IMG/VR virus record: IMGVR_UViG_3300035181_002540
Span: 1 to 24,916 of that record
Source of the DNA: a virus
Lineage: Duplodnaviria > Caudoviricetes
DNA length: 24,916 bases
Direction: 5' to 3' (one strand)
Made by a program: the position numbers and the translations under genes. The notes under the pieces are model-generated. The model was not told the DNA's origin and did no database searches. It was given only the letters and a program-made list of their open reading frames with translations. This document shows, piece after piece, positions 1-8,329 of this stretch (positions within the stretch are counted from its first letter, which is position 1; each line of letters starts with the position of its first letter).

Positions 1-11
1 GGTCTTCCATG

Positions 12-2006
12 TTATCCCACCAATTCCTGAAATGCTTTGACTATTTCATCCACCGTCAGTTTATCGATACAAGGTTCTTTGCATCCTCTAAAACGCCCCC
101 AACAATTTGTAAGTCTTTTACAGTATCTCAATTTATCAGGTTCAACATTTCTAATTTTTGATGGATCACCTACAGGACCTGTAACTCGTGATGGAGCAGG
201 CCCATAAAGCACCACGACAGGAGTTCCTAAAGCTCCTGCAAGATGGGATGGAAAGGAGTCGATCACAATAGCCCCTTTTGCTCGTTTCATTAACCACGCT
301 GTCTGATTAAATGTAAGTTTTCCTCTTAAATCCAACGTTACATCAGGACAATAAAGATCATCCAATGAACCAATTTGAATAGTTGGATATGGAATTCGTT
401 TTACAACTTGGTTCATGTTTTTGTATGTTCGATAAAGTTTCTCCTGACCAGATGAATGGATAATTACAAAATGTTCTGGAAGTTGGATAATATTGATAGG
501 TTCTTCATGGATAAAGAAATCATTTGGTTCCACACCTAATAATTTGTGATACATATCAGACAGTTTCACATCTAAACTATTAAATTCACCTTTCAAAATT
601 CTATCCCCATGTGGATTATAGCAAATTTCATATTTATTGAATACAGACTCGTCCCAATCAATTAATGAATCGATATAAGGATTGTTTTTTAAAATATTAA
701 AGTACTGCTTCTGTGTCATATAGATAAATTTTTTATCTGGATGTCTTTCTTTCAGTGCCTTGAAACTTCGTGTTGTCATTAGAACATCACCAGCAGATGA
801 ATGTTGTGCAAACACAAAAGCATTTTGAATCTTTGGGGCTTGGACGATATTGCCTAAAAAATCATTTATATTGGAAGGACAATAAAATTTTTTAGCAGAA
901 TTAGAAATTTCATTACTATTTATTTTATGATCAATGGCTTTGATCATTCCATCAAGGATTTTGTTTTCGTCACAACCTTTTGTTTCTATCCAAGATTGTC
1001 CACCACTTGTATAAATTGGAATATAACAAGTTCTGTCAGGAACAACATACTCGACTCCAGGAAGTCCATTAAAATCTTTATGTGCAGTTGTATCAGAAAT
1101 CAAAACTGGGATACCACACAACAAAGATTGAAGCACAGTCCATGACAAACCTTCTTGAAGAGAGCAATTCACATAGCAATCAAAAATAGAATAGAGTTTT
1201 GGCATCAAATTAAAAGGCAGTTTGGTATGTGGGTCTTTGAAAAAAATTTTATTTTTTGGAAATTCCAAATCACTGATAAATTGTTCTAAATTATACACTC
1301 CATTATCCAACGATGTGTGCATATAAAAATAAACATTGTCTTTAATATCAATGAGTTTTCTAAAAGCTAAAAGAGTAGTTTGAGGGTCTTTTCGAAATTG
1401 ATTTCCACAAACACATCCAAACAAAAACCCATTCTCAGGAATAAAAGGAAATAGTTCTTTTTTCAATTTAATTTTTCGAGATTCATCTATTGGATGAAAT
1501 AACTCCATGTTCATCATTGGAGGACGAAATAGTGATGTATTGGGTAAAATATCTTTTGTTAAATTATATCCAAACTCAGAATAAAATCCAATATGATCAA
1601 ATAATTTTAAGAAATCTATCCATTCTTTCCGAACATAATGGATATCGTATGGGATAATTCCTAAAAAATAGAACTTATTTTCTCGTTTTAGATTTTTAAT
1701 GTCAGGGAAAATTCTGAGATAACGCCAAAAATCGATACCAACAAACAATAAAATATCAATTTTTTCATTACTTAAAAATTGAACCAGTTTTTTATTGCCC
1801 CATTCATCCTTTTCCTCTTCAGAGGACACAATATCTGGAACTATTTTTAATGTTGTTTCTGGATTATAGGTGGGAACATTTGCAGGACAAAAAACAATGG
1901 GATTGTATTTAGACAAATTTAATTTTTCAAGTATTGACAGCATCATCATACTGTTGCCAGTAAAACCAAATGGATGCTCGCCAACCATCAAAACTTTTTT
2001 CTTCAT
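12..2006 (-). CDS. Fused glycosyltransferase (N-terminal GT4-like GT-B domain + C-terminal GT9/heptosyltransferase-like domain)
   Basis: 664 aa; GT4-like NQFRKD and SLQEGLSWTVLQSLLCGIPV; GT9-like SSAGDVLM and IDSFPSHLAGALGTPVVVLYGP; AGGAGG RBS upstream. Confidence 0.85.
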   Translation of the reverse strand: MKKKVLMVGEHPFGFTGNSMMMLSILEKLNLSKYNPIVFCPANVPTYNPETTLKIVPDIVSSEEEKDEWGNKKLVQFLSNEKIDILLFVGIDFWRYLRIFPDIKNLKRENKFYFLGIIPYDIHYVRKEWIDFLKLFDHIGFYSEFGYNLTKDILPNTSLFRPPMMNMELFHPIDESRKIKLKKELFPFIPENGFLFGCVCGNQFRKDPQTTLLAFRKLIDIKDNVYFYMHTSLDNGVYNLEQFISDLEFPKNKIFFKDPHTKLPFNLMPKLYSIFDCYVNCSLQEGLSWTVLQSLLCGIPVLISDTTAHKDFNGLPGVEYVVPDRTCYIPIYTSGGQSWIETKGCDENKILDGMIKAIDHKINSNEISNSAKKFYCPSNINDFLGNIVQAPKIQNAFVFAQHSSAGDVLMTTRSFKALKERHPDKKFIYMTQKQYFNILKNNPYIDSLIDWDESVFNKYEICYNPHGDRILKGEFNSLDVKLSDMYHKLLGVEPNDFFIHEEPINIIQLPEHFVIIHSSGQEKLYRTYKNMNQVVKRIPYPTIQIGSLDDLYCPDVTLDLRGKLTFNQTAWLMKRAKGAIVIDSFPSHLAGALGTPVVVLYGPAPSRVTGPVGDPSKIRNVEPDKLRYCKRLTNCWGRFRGCKEPCIDKLTVDEIVKAFQELVG

Positions 2007-2029
2007 AACTTCCTCCTTTGAGGATTGAA

Positions 2030-2662
2030 CTACCTTGTGTCATTGGATAGAACAGCCAAATCAACTCCTTCAAAAATGTTTCGAAAAACAACATTCACTT
2101 TGTAATATTCTCCTGATCTTGCTAAATATCTATCCTTTTCTTGGATTTTGTAAAAATTATCTAAATATAAATAATGGTTAATTTCTGTTTTATCTCCAAT
2201 AGGTGGTAAAATGATCTCATTTACACGAATGTCTGTTTCAGCTAAAAGAGCATAAACATCGGCATATTGTGTTACAAAAGAAGGATTTTTTCTCATAGTT
2301 GTCCTATCCCAATTCGATTCACCGGACAACCTTTGAATTTCGCCACTTACATTACATTTGTAAAAAATTACGTTGTATTGAATTACTTCATCTTCGAAAT
2401 ATATAGGTGTACAACTTGTGGCAAGATAGGGAATATTGTGTATTTTGATTATGGTTCCTGATTTTATCGATGATTGGTATCCAACTTGTCCATCAACAAA
2501 AACTTCACGAATGAAAGGACGTGTAGCTTGATTATTTATTTTATAGAAGATTCGCTCAGATTTGGAAAAAGAAAACGACTTCGAGACAGGGTCATAAACT
2601 CGAATCAACGTGGACACCCCAAGTTCGTCCAATGCTTCCTGAATATCTGGCCCTATTGTCAT
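2030..2662 (-). CDS. Putative head-closure / head-tail joining protein
   Basis: 210 aa beta-rich ORF in the head-completion position downstream of the capsid gene; function from synteny only. Confidence 0.5.
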   Translation of the reverse strand: MTIGPDIQEALDELGVSTLIRVYDPVSKSFSFSKSERIFYKINNQATRPFIREVFVDGQVGYQSSIKSGTIIKIHNIPYLATSCTPIYFEDEVIQYNVIFYKCNVSGEIQRLSGESNWDRTTMRKNPSFVTQYADVYALLAETDIRVNEIILPPIGDKTEINHYLYLDNFYKIQEKDRYLARSGEYYKVNVVFRNIFEGVDLAVLSNDTR

Positions 2663-2685
2663 CGAAGTCGTTTTCCTTTTTCAGA

Positions 2686-3111
2686 TCATCTTGCTTTGTA
2701 GGTAACATCTCTACCTAAATAATCGTAGATGAATCCTGCATCGACTTTCATTCCGCCATACAAATAAGCAGCAAGTACTTCGTCTCCAAAAAGCTCTGGA
2801 TTATCCTCCATTACTTTTTCAAACTGCTGATCCATCATTGTGATCAAACTCATGTAATGCTCAAAGCGTTGATTCAGGTTGATCGTATCATACTTAAATT
2901 TATGAGCACTCTCTGACATCAAATAAAAAAACAGATGTCGTTTAGCTCGATTCTTTAGCCAAAGAATACGAAACGGATCATCTGTTGGAAGGTCAAATCC
3001 AGTCTCTCTTTTGGCATCTTCGATTGCATTTGCATAATCGTCTTCAGCCAATTTTGAAGACAAAGATTTGACCTCTACTTTTACCAGATCAACCATATCA
3101 TCTGAGGTCAT
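2686..3111 (-). CDS. Putative head-tail adaptor protein
   Basis: 141 aa helical-looking protein two genes after the MCP; start overlaps the upstream stop (ATGA); synteny-based. Confidence 0.5.
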   Translation of the reverse strand: MTSDDMVDLVKVEVKSLSSKLAEDDYANAIEDAKRETGFDLPTDDPFRILWLKNRAKRHLFFYLMSESAHKFKYDTINLNQRFEHYMSLITMMDQQFEKVMEDNPELFGDEVLAAYLYGGMKVDAGFIYDYLGRDVTYKAR

Positions 3112-3380
3112 TTTTTCTTTTTCCTGATTCTTTTGGTCGGTTCTATCGTTTCCTCAATTACACCAGATTCAGGTGCTGAAGTTGTATCCTCATCGTACAC
3201 AGGACTCCGATCTTCATAAATAATTTTCAAATGGTTTGATCCACACTCGATTTCGGATACAACTTCATGAGGTAGAGGGGGATAAAGGATAGTCCCCCTC
3301 ACATAGACTTTACCGGCCACTTTCAATGATGTAAGAAACTCGCATTGTTTGATAGTAGCCATACTACCTCTTTTACTCAA
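3108..3380 (-). CDS. Small hypothetical protein following the major capsid gene
   Basis: ORF abutting the MCP stop, acidic linker and basic tail KRIRKKKK; start may be the second Met. Confidence 0.65.
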   Translation of the reverse strand: MSKRGSMATIKQCEFLTSLKVAGKVYVRGTILYPPLPHEVVSEIECGSNHLKIIYEDRSPVYDEDTTSAPESGVIEETIEPTKRIRKKKK

Positions 3381-4620
3381 CAGTCAGGATATAGACTGCA
3401 TCGTTTTGGTACAGAACCGGAAGACCTTTGTCCTGCACTCGAATATACATGCCTTCGGGGTCCCAAGTTTGATCCACATCCGCCTTAATACCATAATGGC
3501 GATCCAGACCAAAAGGAGCACGTTTGAATTCAGCGATCTTCTGTCCTTCAACAGTCGAAGCAAACATGACGAACTTATTGTCGGAAACGAAGTTCCGTCG
3601 CATAAAAACATAGTCTTCACCAGCACGATAGCTGTTTGAAGGAGCAGACGATAGGGTAATTGTATTGGTCTCATTGGTGATTGAGGAGATGGTTCTGTCT
3701 TCATAGGTTCCATCAGATACATCCACAAACCGAATGGTGCTTCCAGTAACGAAATCAGAAGCGTCTTCAACGGTAAAAGATGTGGTAGAACCACCAATAA
3801 TAGCGCCAGTCAAATATGCCCGTGCTTCGAACTTTTCATCATAAATAACAAGATTGGGAATGTTCAAAAGACCGGAAATGACATTGGTATTTACACCAAC
3901 AATGGGACTCTTTGTTCCACTAAACAAGGAACCATCACCAAACATGCTCTTCTGCAAAAGTTCACGGATGGTCTTGTCAGCAGCAAGATATTTCAAAACT
4001 TGTGTAGAACAAATGGCGTAATCTACATTTGCACCACACGCATCCGAAATAGCCTGCTTTGCATCCATAATATCACCAAGGATATCAGGAGTTGTTCCAG
4101 TCCCCCACTTATAGTTCGAAGTTAGAGTAACCTGATGATTAGCAGGAATGCCGTAATCAACACCCAATTTAGTACCGCTTGCAACGTTATAGTTGATGGC
4201 GCCATCAAAAAGCATTTTGGCAAACATCCACTCTTTCCTACGCATACAACGATAAGTCAGTCGAGCGGTTTCTTTTGCCAAAGTCGTTCTGGAGTCCTGA
4301 TATTGCTGGACAGTTCCTGCCTGACGGAGATTATTCAAAAATTCTTCGTCAAAATACATCTTTTCTTTCCAATAAGCTGCTTCAGCCGAATGGGATGCAA
4401 GTCCAACAGGAGCCGTCTCAGGAGCAGGAGAACCTGGCGGAACAAAAGGAGTCATTCCACGAGTACCTTCTTGAGACTCCCATTTAATAGTATTGGATAC
4501 AGCATCAGACTCCGGAAACAAATTCATCAAGAGAAGATTCGGAGGTGCTGTAAACTTCGTTACAAGCCCTTGAAGAACTTCAAGCCTCAGTTCAGGGATA
4601 TCACTTTGTCCTCTTGGCAT
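3373..4620 (-). CDS. Major capsid protein (lambda gpE-like family) with ~75 aa inserted domain
   Basis: gpE-family-like segments (RRKEWMFAKML, VDYGIP, KW..DILGDI, WDPEG..GLPVL); order portal-protease-decoration-MCP; ATG at 4620 preceded by AGGTGGTGAG (ORF track starts at 4626). Confidence 0.9.
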   Translation of the reverse strand: MPRGQSDIPELRLEVLQGLVTKFTAPPNLLLMNLFPESDAVSNTIKWESQEGTRGMTPFVPPGSPAPETAPVGLASHSAEAAYWKEKMYFDEEFLNNLRQAGTVQQYQDSRTTLAKETARLTYRCMRRKEWMFAKMLFDGAINYNVASGTKLGVDYGIPANHQVTLTSNYKWGTGTTPDILGDIMDAKQAISDACGANVDYAICSTQVLKYLAADKTIRELLQKSMFGDGSLFSGTKSPIVGVNTNVISGLLNIPNLVIYDEKFEARAYLTGAIIGGSTTSFTVEDASDFVTGSTIRFVDVSDGTYEDRTISSITNETNTITLSSAPSNSYRAGEDYVFMRRNFVSDNKFVMFASTVEGQKIAEFKRAPFGLDRHYGIKADVDQTWDPEGMYIRVQDKGLPVLYQNDAVYILTVE

Positions 4621-4638
4621 AGTCACTCACCACCTTTC

Positions 4639-5295
4639 TTATTTAATATAAGCATACTGACCAAGAACAGTAATGCTCAGTGCAGACTTCGCAGCGGAAT
4701 CCATATTTTCCAAAGTAGCCTGATACAGCACACAATTACCAAGGATCATTGTTGTATTAGCTCGCCAAGCATTCGAACCTGTTCCAGTATCAACCGCCTT
4801 TTCAAGGATTCCAACAGGAGTACGATATCCTTTGGTCGCCAGATAAGCGAAACGGTCTGTCGTAAAAGCAGCAGTAGGAGCAGTAGTCACAGTAATAGTG
4901 GCTCTATTGGACGATCTGGAAATGGCAGTAATAGCTCCAAGATTTTGTGCAGCAGTTGTATTATCGATGACTACAACATCATCGCCAACTTCAAATTTGT
5001 AGCTATCATCCACCGAAGTATAAAGATTAGCTTCACCGCTCACAGTATTGGAAATAAGATATGCCCTACCGGGTGCGACTTCATTACCAGTGATCGTGGC
5101 AGGATCATAGGGAATGAAAAACCCCTGTCGAACAACAGATGTAGAAGTGTTCATAGCCAAAATGGTTCCAGCAGGAACTACGCCAAACCCACCAGACAAA
5201 GTAACAGGAACCTTCAAAGCAGCTTCAGGATTCGAGTAATACAGAACTCGATAATCGGGGCTTTGAATTCCTCTTTTCATACGGGGAGAATCCAT
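4639..5295 (-). CDS. Head decoration protein (gpD-like) with inserted beta domain
   Basis: VTL..G.GVVPAGTILA, PYDP and PVGIL motifs typical of decoration proteins; directly upstream of the MCP; ATG at 5295 with AGGCGGTGA RBS. Confidence 0.75.
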   Translation of the reverse strand: MDSPRMKRGIQSPDYRVLYYSNPEAALKVPVTLSGGFGVVPAGTILAMNTSTSVVRQGFFIPYDPATITGNEVAPGRAYLISNTVSGEANLYTSVDDSYKFEVGDDVVVIDNTTAAQNLGAITAISRSSNRATITVTTAPTAAFTTDRFAYLATKGYRTPVGILEKAVDTGTGSNAWRANTTMILGNCVLYQATLENMDSAAKSALSITVLGQYAYIK

Positions 5296-5313
5296 AAAAA
5301 TCACCGCCTTTCG

Positions 5314-6417
5314 TTATTTAATACCAGCCAACGCAGCAAGATCGGAAATGGTTTTCTCAACAGTTACTTTCGTAGCATCATGAGAGAAACCTGTTCCAAT
5401 TACTGGAGTTGAAGTCGGAATAAGTTTTTCCCAATCTTCAATCTCTGTATCAATTGCCTTCGAAAAACCTTCCTCATCAAACTTTCCATCCTTGACAAAG
5501 TCTGCATGAGAAACATGCTTCCGAACTTTAGGATACAAACTTTCATTTAGAGAAGATTCCGACAATTTGACTGTCCAAATGTTCTCCGCTCGAAGAGCAA
5601 TTTCTCGTTCGGCACGGATAGCATCCTTTTTCTCCAATTCAAGAACCTTCGCTTCACTTGCCTGGAGTTTCTGAGATAGTTCGGCAATCAAAGTTTCCGT
5701 TTCTTGATTTTTTAGAGTGGTCTTGGACAGTTCCGCTTTAACCTCTTCCTGAATTTTTTGAATCAAATCAGGATATTTTTCTTTCAATTCAGTAATATCC
5801 ATCGGTTTTTCAACCTCCTTCCCAACAACGGTTTCCTTAAAATTCAATTCTAATTCTCCATTAGATTTCGACATTCCTGCAACAGCGGATGATGTATTGG
5901 AATCCCAACCAAACACACACACTGAAGCTTCACGATACAAAGATTTCCTAAAAATGGTACCCGGCCCCTTAAACGAATACCCATTCACAGTAGTTTCAAC
6001 ATCCTCATCAAGACGTTCTACAGAAAGAGGGATAATTGAAATGCTTGATTGGAAAGGAAATCCTTGTTTGGACAATGCTACAAACTCATTAGCGGTAGGT
6101 GTATCAACCAAAACAGTGGTTTCAGGATCAATGTAAACTCCATCATTCTGTATAACAGGTTTTCCAGAAAATCCAATTCTTCTGTAAATATCATGATCTT
6201 CTAAAATCGGAAATTTTTCTCCTTGTACATCAATACCAGAAAGATCAATTGCCAAATCACCCCAATACCAGTGTCCTTTGATAACCGATCCTGAATAAAC
6301 TTTCATATTCAGTTTTGCTTTTTTCTCAGGTTCAGTTTCTTGTACACTTGTTATTGCAAAACAACCGGGATCAGCGAAACACAATGCATTGGATGAAACT
6401 GTAATTTTTTTGTCCAT
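5314..6417 (-). CDS. Prohead (capsid maturation) protease fused to coiled-coil scaffold
   Basis: PILEDHD..RIG, FQSSISI and EASVCVFGWDSNT resemble HK97-type prohead serine protease motifs; charged coiled-coil C-terminal half with internal Met (MDITELKEKYP). Confidence 0.8.
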   Translation of the reverse strand: MDKKITVSSNALCFADPGCFAITSVQETEPEKKAKLNMKVYSGSVIKGHWYWGDLAIDLSGIDVQGEKFPILEDHDIYRRIGFSGKPVIQNDGVYIDPETTVLVDTPTANEFVALSKQGFPFQSSISIIPLSVERLDEDVETTVNGYSFKGPGTIFRKSLYREASVCVFGWDSNTSSAVAGMSKSNGELELNFKETVVGKEVEKPMDITELKEKYPDLIQKIQEEVKAELSKTTLKNQETETLIAELSQKLQASEAKVLELEKKDAIRAEREIALRAENIWTVKLSESSLNESLYPKVRKHVSHADFVKDGKFDEEGFSKAIDTEIEDWEKLIPTSTPVIGTGFSHDATKVTVEKTISDLAALAGIK

Positions 6418-6519
6418 AGCAATCCTCCCAAATTTTGGGAAACTTATAAATACTACAAAAAACTATGAAATTTGACATTTGAAATTCATATACAATAAAT
6501 ACATATTTACTGTCAACTA

Positions 6520-8256
6520 TTATTTTTTAACCAATTTCTTTTTTGCTGGTTTGGTTTTAGTTTTTTCGACAGTGGATTGTTCTTGATCATTTTCAGAAGT
6601 GGATTGTTCTTGATCATTTTGATCCGCTGGTTTGGTTTTAGTTTTTTCGACAGTGGATTGTTCTTCATTATTTCCAGGAGTGGATTGTTCTTGATCATTT
6701 TGATCCGCTGTTTGTGTTTTATCTTTTGGATTATCTACCGATGCAGCAGCAAAGTCAGCTTCAATCAAAAGATCAGGATAACGTGCATCCTCTGTAGCTT
6801 TTTTCAATCTCAAATATCCATATCCACCAATTCCAAGTCTTCTTGCAATTTCAGAATTTGGAATACCGAGAGATGCGGACATATTTCCATGTTTTACACC
6901 GAGTAATGCTTTAGCACGAGTTTCAAGGTCAACAGTTTCAGAAATTGGGAAAGAAATCCCAATTAAAAATTCTGGTTTTCTTTTTACCTTCTTGAAAATA
7001 GGTTCTTTCTTGTTGTTGAAATCCACTGCTTCTTTTACAGCAAAAACTTCAGGAAATTTTGTGATTTTGGATTTCAAAAAGAAAATATTTCCCCAAAACT
7101 CATGTCGCAAAAATCTTTCAAAGTATGCTACTTCATCTGAAGTTCTATCGGACATCGGTCCACGAGATGCTTTTACAGATGCGTATGTTCCTGATGATGT
7201 TCCTGTTAAAATATCCTCTGGTTCATTCAATCCTGACGCAATCATTTGCATAATATCAGTATCGGTATTGGATATTGCTGGTAAGGTTGGAGATTTTACA
7301 TCAACTTTAATACCAGGAGGAAGGATAAGAGAACCTCCAGGTGTTTTCTTTGCTAAAATTCCAGTTTTCTTTCTTTCTTCATCAGATAAAGCTGCCCATT
7401 GTTTGAATGCTTTTATATCCTCAAAATTAAATATCCATAAATAACTTCCAGCAGATTTTTTGTGATCAATTTCAAATTTTTTGAGATTTTCGTAATGATT
7501 CATCCATTCTAATGTAGTTCTCAAAAATGAAAAATTTCTTTTTTGGACAAATCCTCTGTTCCAGGAAATAATAAAACGAAAATATCCACCAAACTGTTTA
7601 AATTTTTTGTTTTTATTTTTGCAATAATCTCCATTAGAATCATCCCAATATGTACTATTTTTTGCTATAGAAATAAGTTCAGGATAACGTGCGATATTTA
7701 TACTTGGAATTTGGACATATTTTTTGTTGGAAAATATGGGTTCTTCTGAGGATATTTCAATGTTGTAAAATAGAGGGAAGTGTGTCTTAGTTGGATGAAA
7801 AATAATTCCAGAATCATCTGATCCACAACCTTTTATGGTTCCAGGATCAATGAAATCAACTTCGATGAATCCATCAGTATGGCAGGATAAACAAAGGAAA
7901 AGTTCTCCTTCAATGTTTGCTCGTCCAACAAAGGACGGCCATAAACTATAAAGTTTATTTCTTGGATCATACTCAATTTCTTCAATCACCTCCTGAATAT
8001 CTTTAATATCAGACGTTACACCAAAATCAAATCCGGTTAATCGTCCAACCAATCCTCGTACAGAAGTATTCATCTGAGGATTTTTACAGAATTTCTTCCA
8101 ACACTCATCTTGTAGTGTGCTTCGAGATTCAGAATCATCTGTTCCACTACGGTCAATCATGCTAAATCCATCAGGATCAGATTCATAACCATCTGTGGAG
8201 TATTGCCAGGGCATAGAAAACTCTTGCGGGGATAATTCATTAAATTCTTCAGTCAT
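6520..8256 (-). CDS. Portal protein with repetitive C-terminal tail
   Basis: 578 aa between TerL and protease; portal-like IEGELFL, GGSLILPPG, IASGLNEPEDILTG..GTYAS. Confidence 0.85.
   Translation of the reverse strand: MTEEFNELSPQEFSMPWQYSTDGYESDPDGFSMIDRSGTDDSESRSTLQDECWKKFCKNPQMNTSVRGLVGRLTGFDFGVTSDIKDIQEVIEEIEYDPRNKLYSLWPSFVGRANIEGELFLCLSCHTDGFIEVDFIDPGTIKGCGSDDSGIIFHPTKTHFPLFYNIEISSEEPIFSNKKYVQIPSINIARYPELISIAKNSTYWDDSNGDYCKNKNKKFKQFGGYFRFIISWNRGFVQKRNFSFLRTTLEWMNHYENLKKFEIDHKKSAGSYLWIFNFEDIKAFKQWAALSDEERKKTGILAKKTPGGSLILPPGIKVDVKSPTLPAISNTDTDIMQMIASGLNEPEDILTGTSSGTYASVKASRGPMSDRTSDEVAYFERFLRHEFWGNIFFLKSKITKFPEVFAVKEAVDFNNKKEPIFKKVKRKPEFLIGISFPISETVDLETRAKALLGVKHGNMSASLGIPNSEIARRLGIGGYGYLRLKKATEDARYPDLLIEADFAAASVDNPKDKTQTADQNDQEQSTPGNNEEQSTVEKTKTKPADQNDQEQSTSENDQEQSTVEKTKTKPAKKKLVKK
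6545..6710. repeat. 81-bp imperfect duplication built from 27-bp subunits in the portal 3' end
   Basis: Encodes two ADQNDQEQST...EQSTVEKTKTKP units. Confidence 0.85.
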
Positions 8257-8280
8257 ATTAACCTCTCACTTTTAGGATTT

Positions 8281-8305
8281 CTTTTCCTATGTTTTTTAGG
8301 AAAAG
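8281..8305 (-). terminator. Hairpin between terL and portal (possible terminator or processing site)
   Basis: CTTTTCCTA-N7-TAGGAAAAG perfect 9-bp inverted repeat; AT-rich, no clear U-tract. Confidence 0.3.
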
Positions 8306-8329
8306 TCAAGGGATTTGAAAAAAAATAAT

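Noticed and set aside
4135-5412. 425 aa plus-strand ORF
   Set aside because: Antisense shadow of the capsid and decoration genes; Ser/Arg-rich with no motifs or RBS
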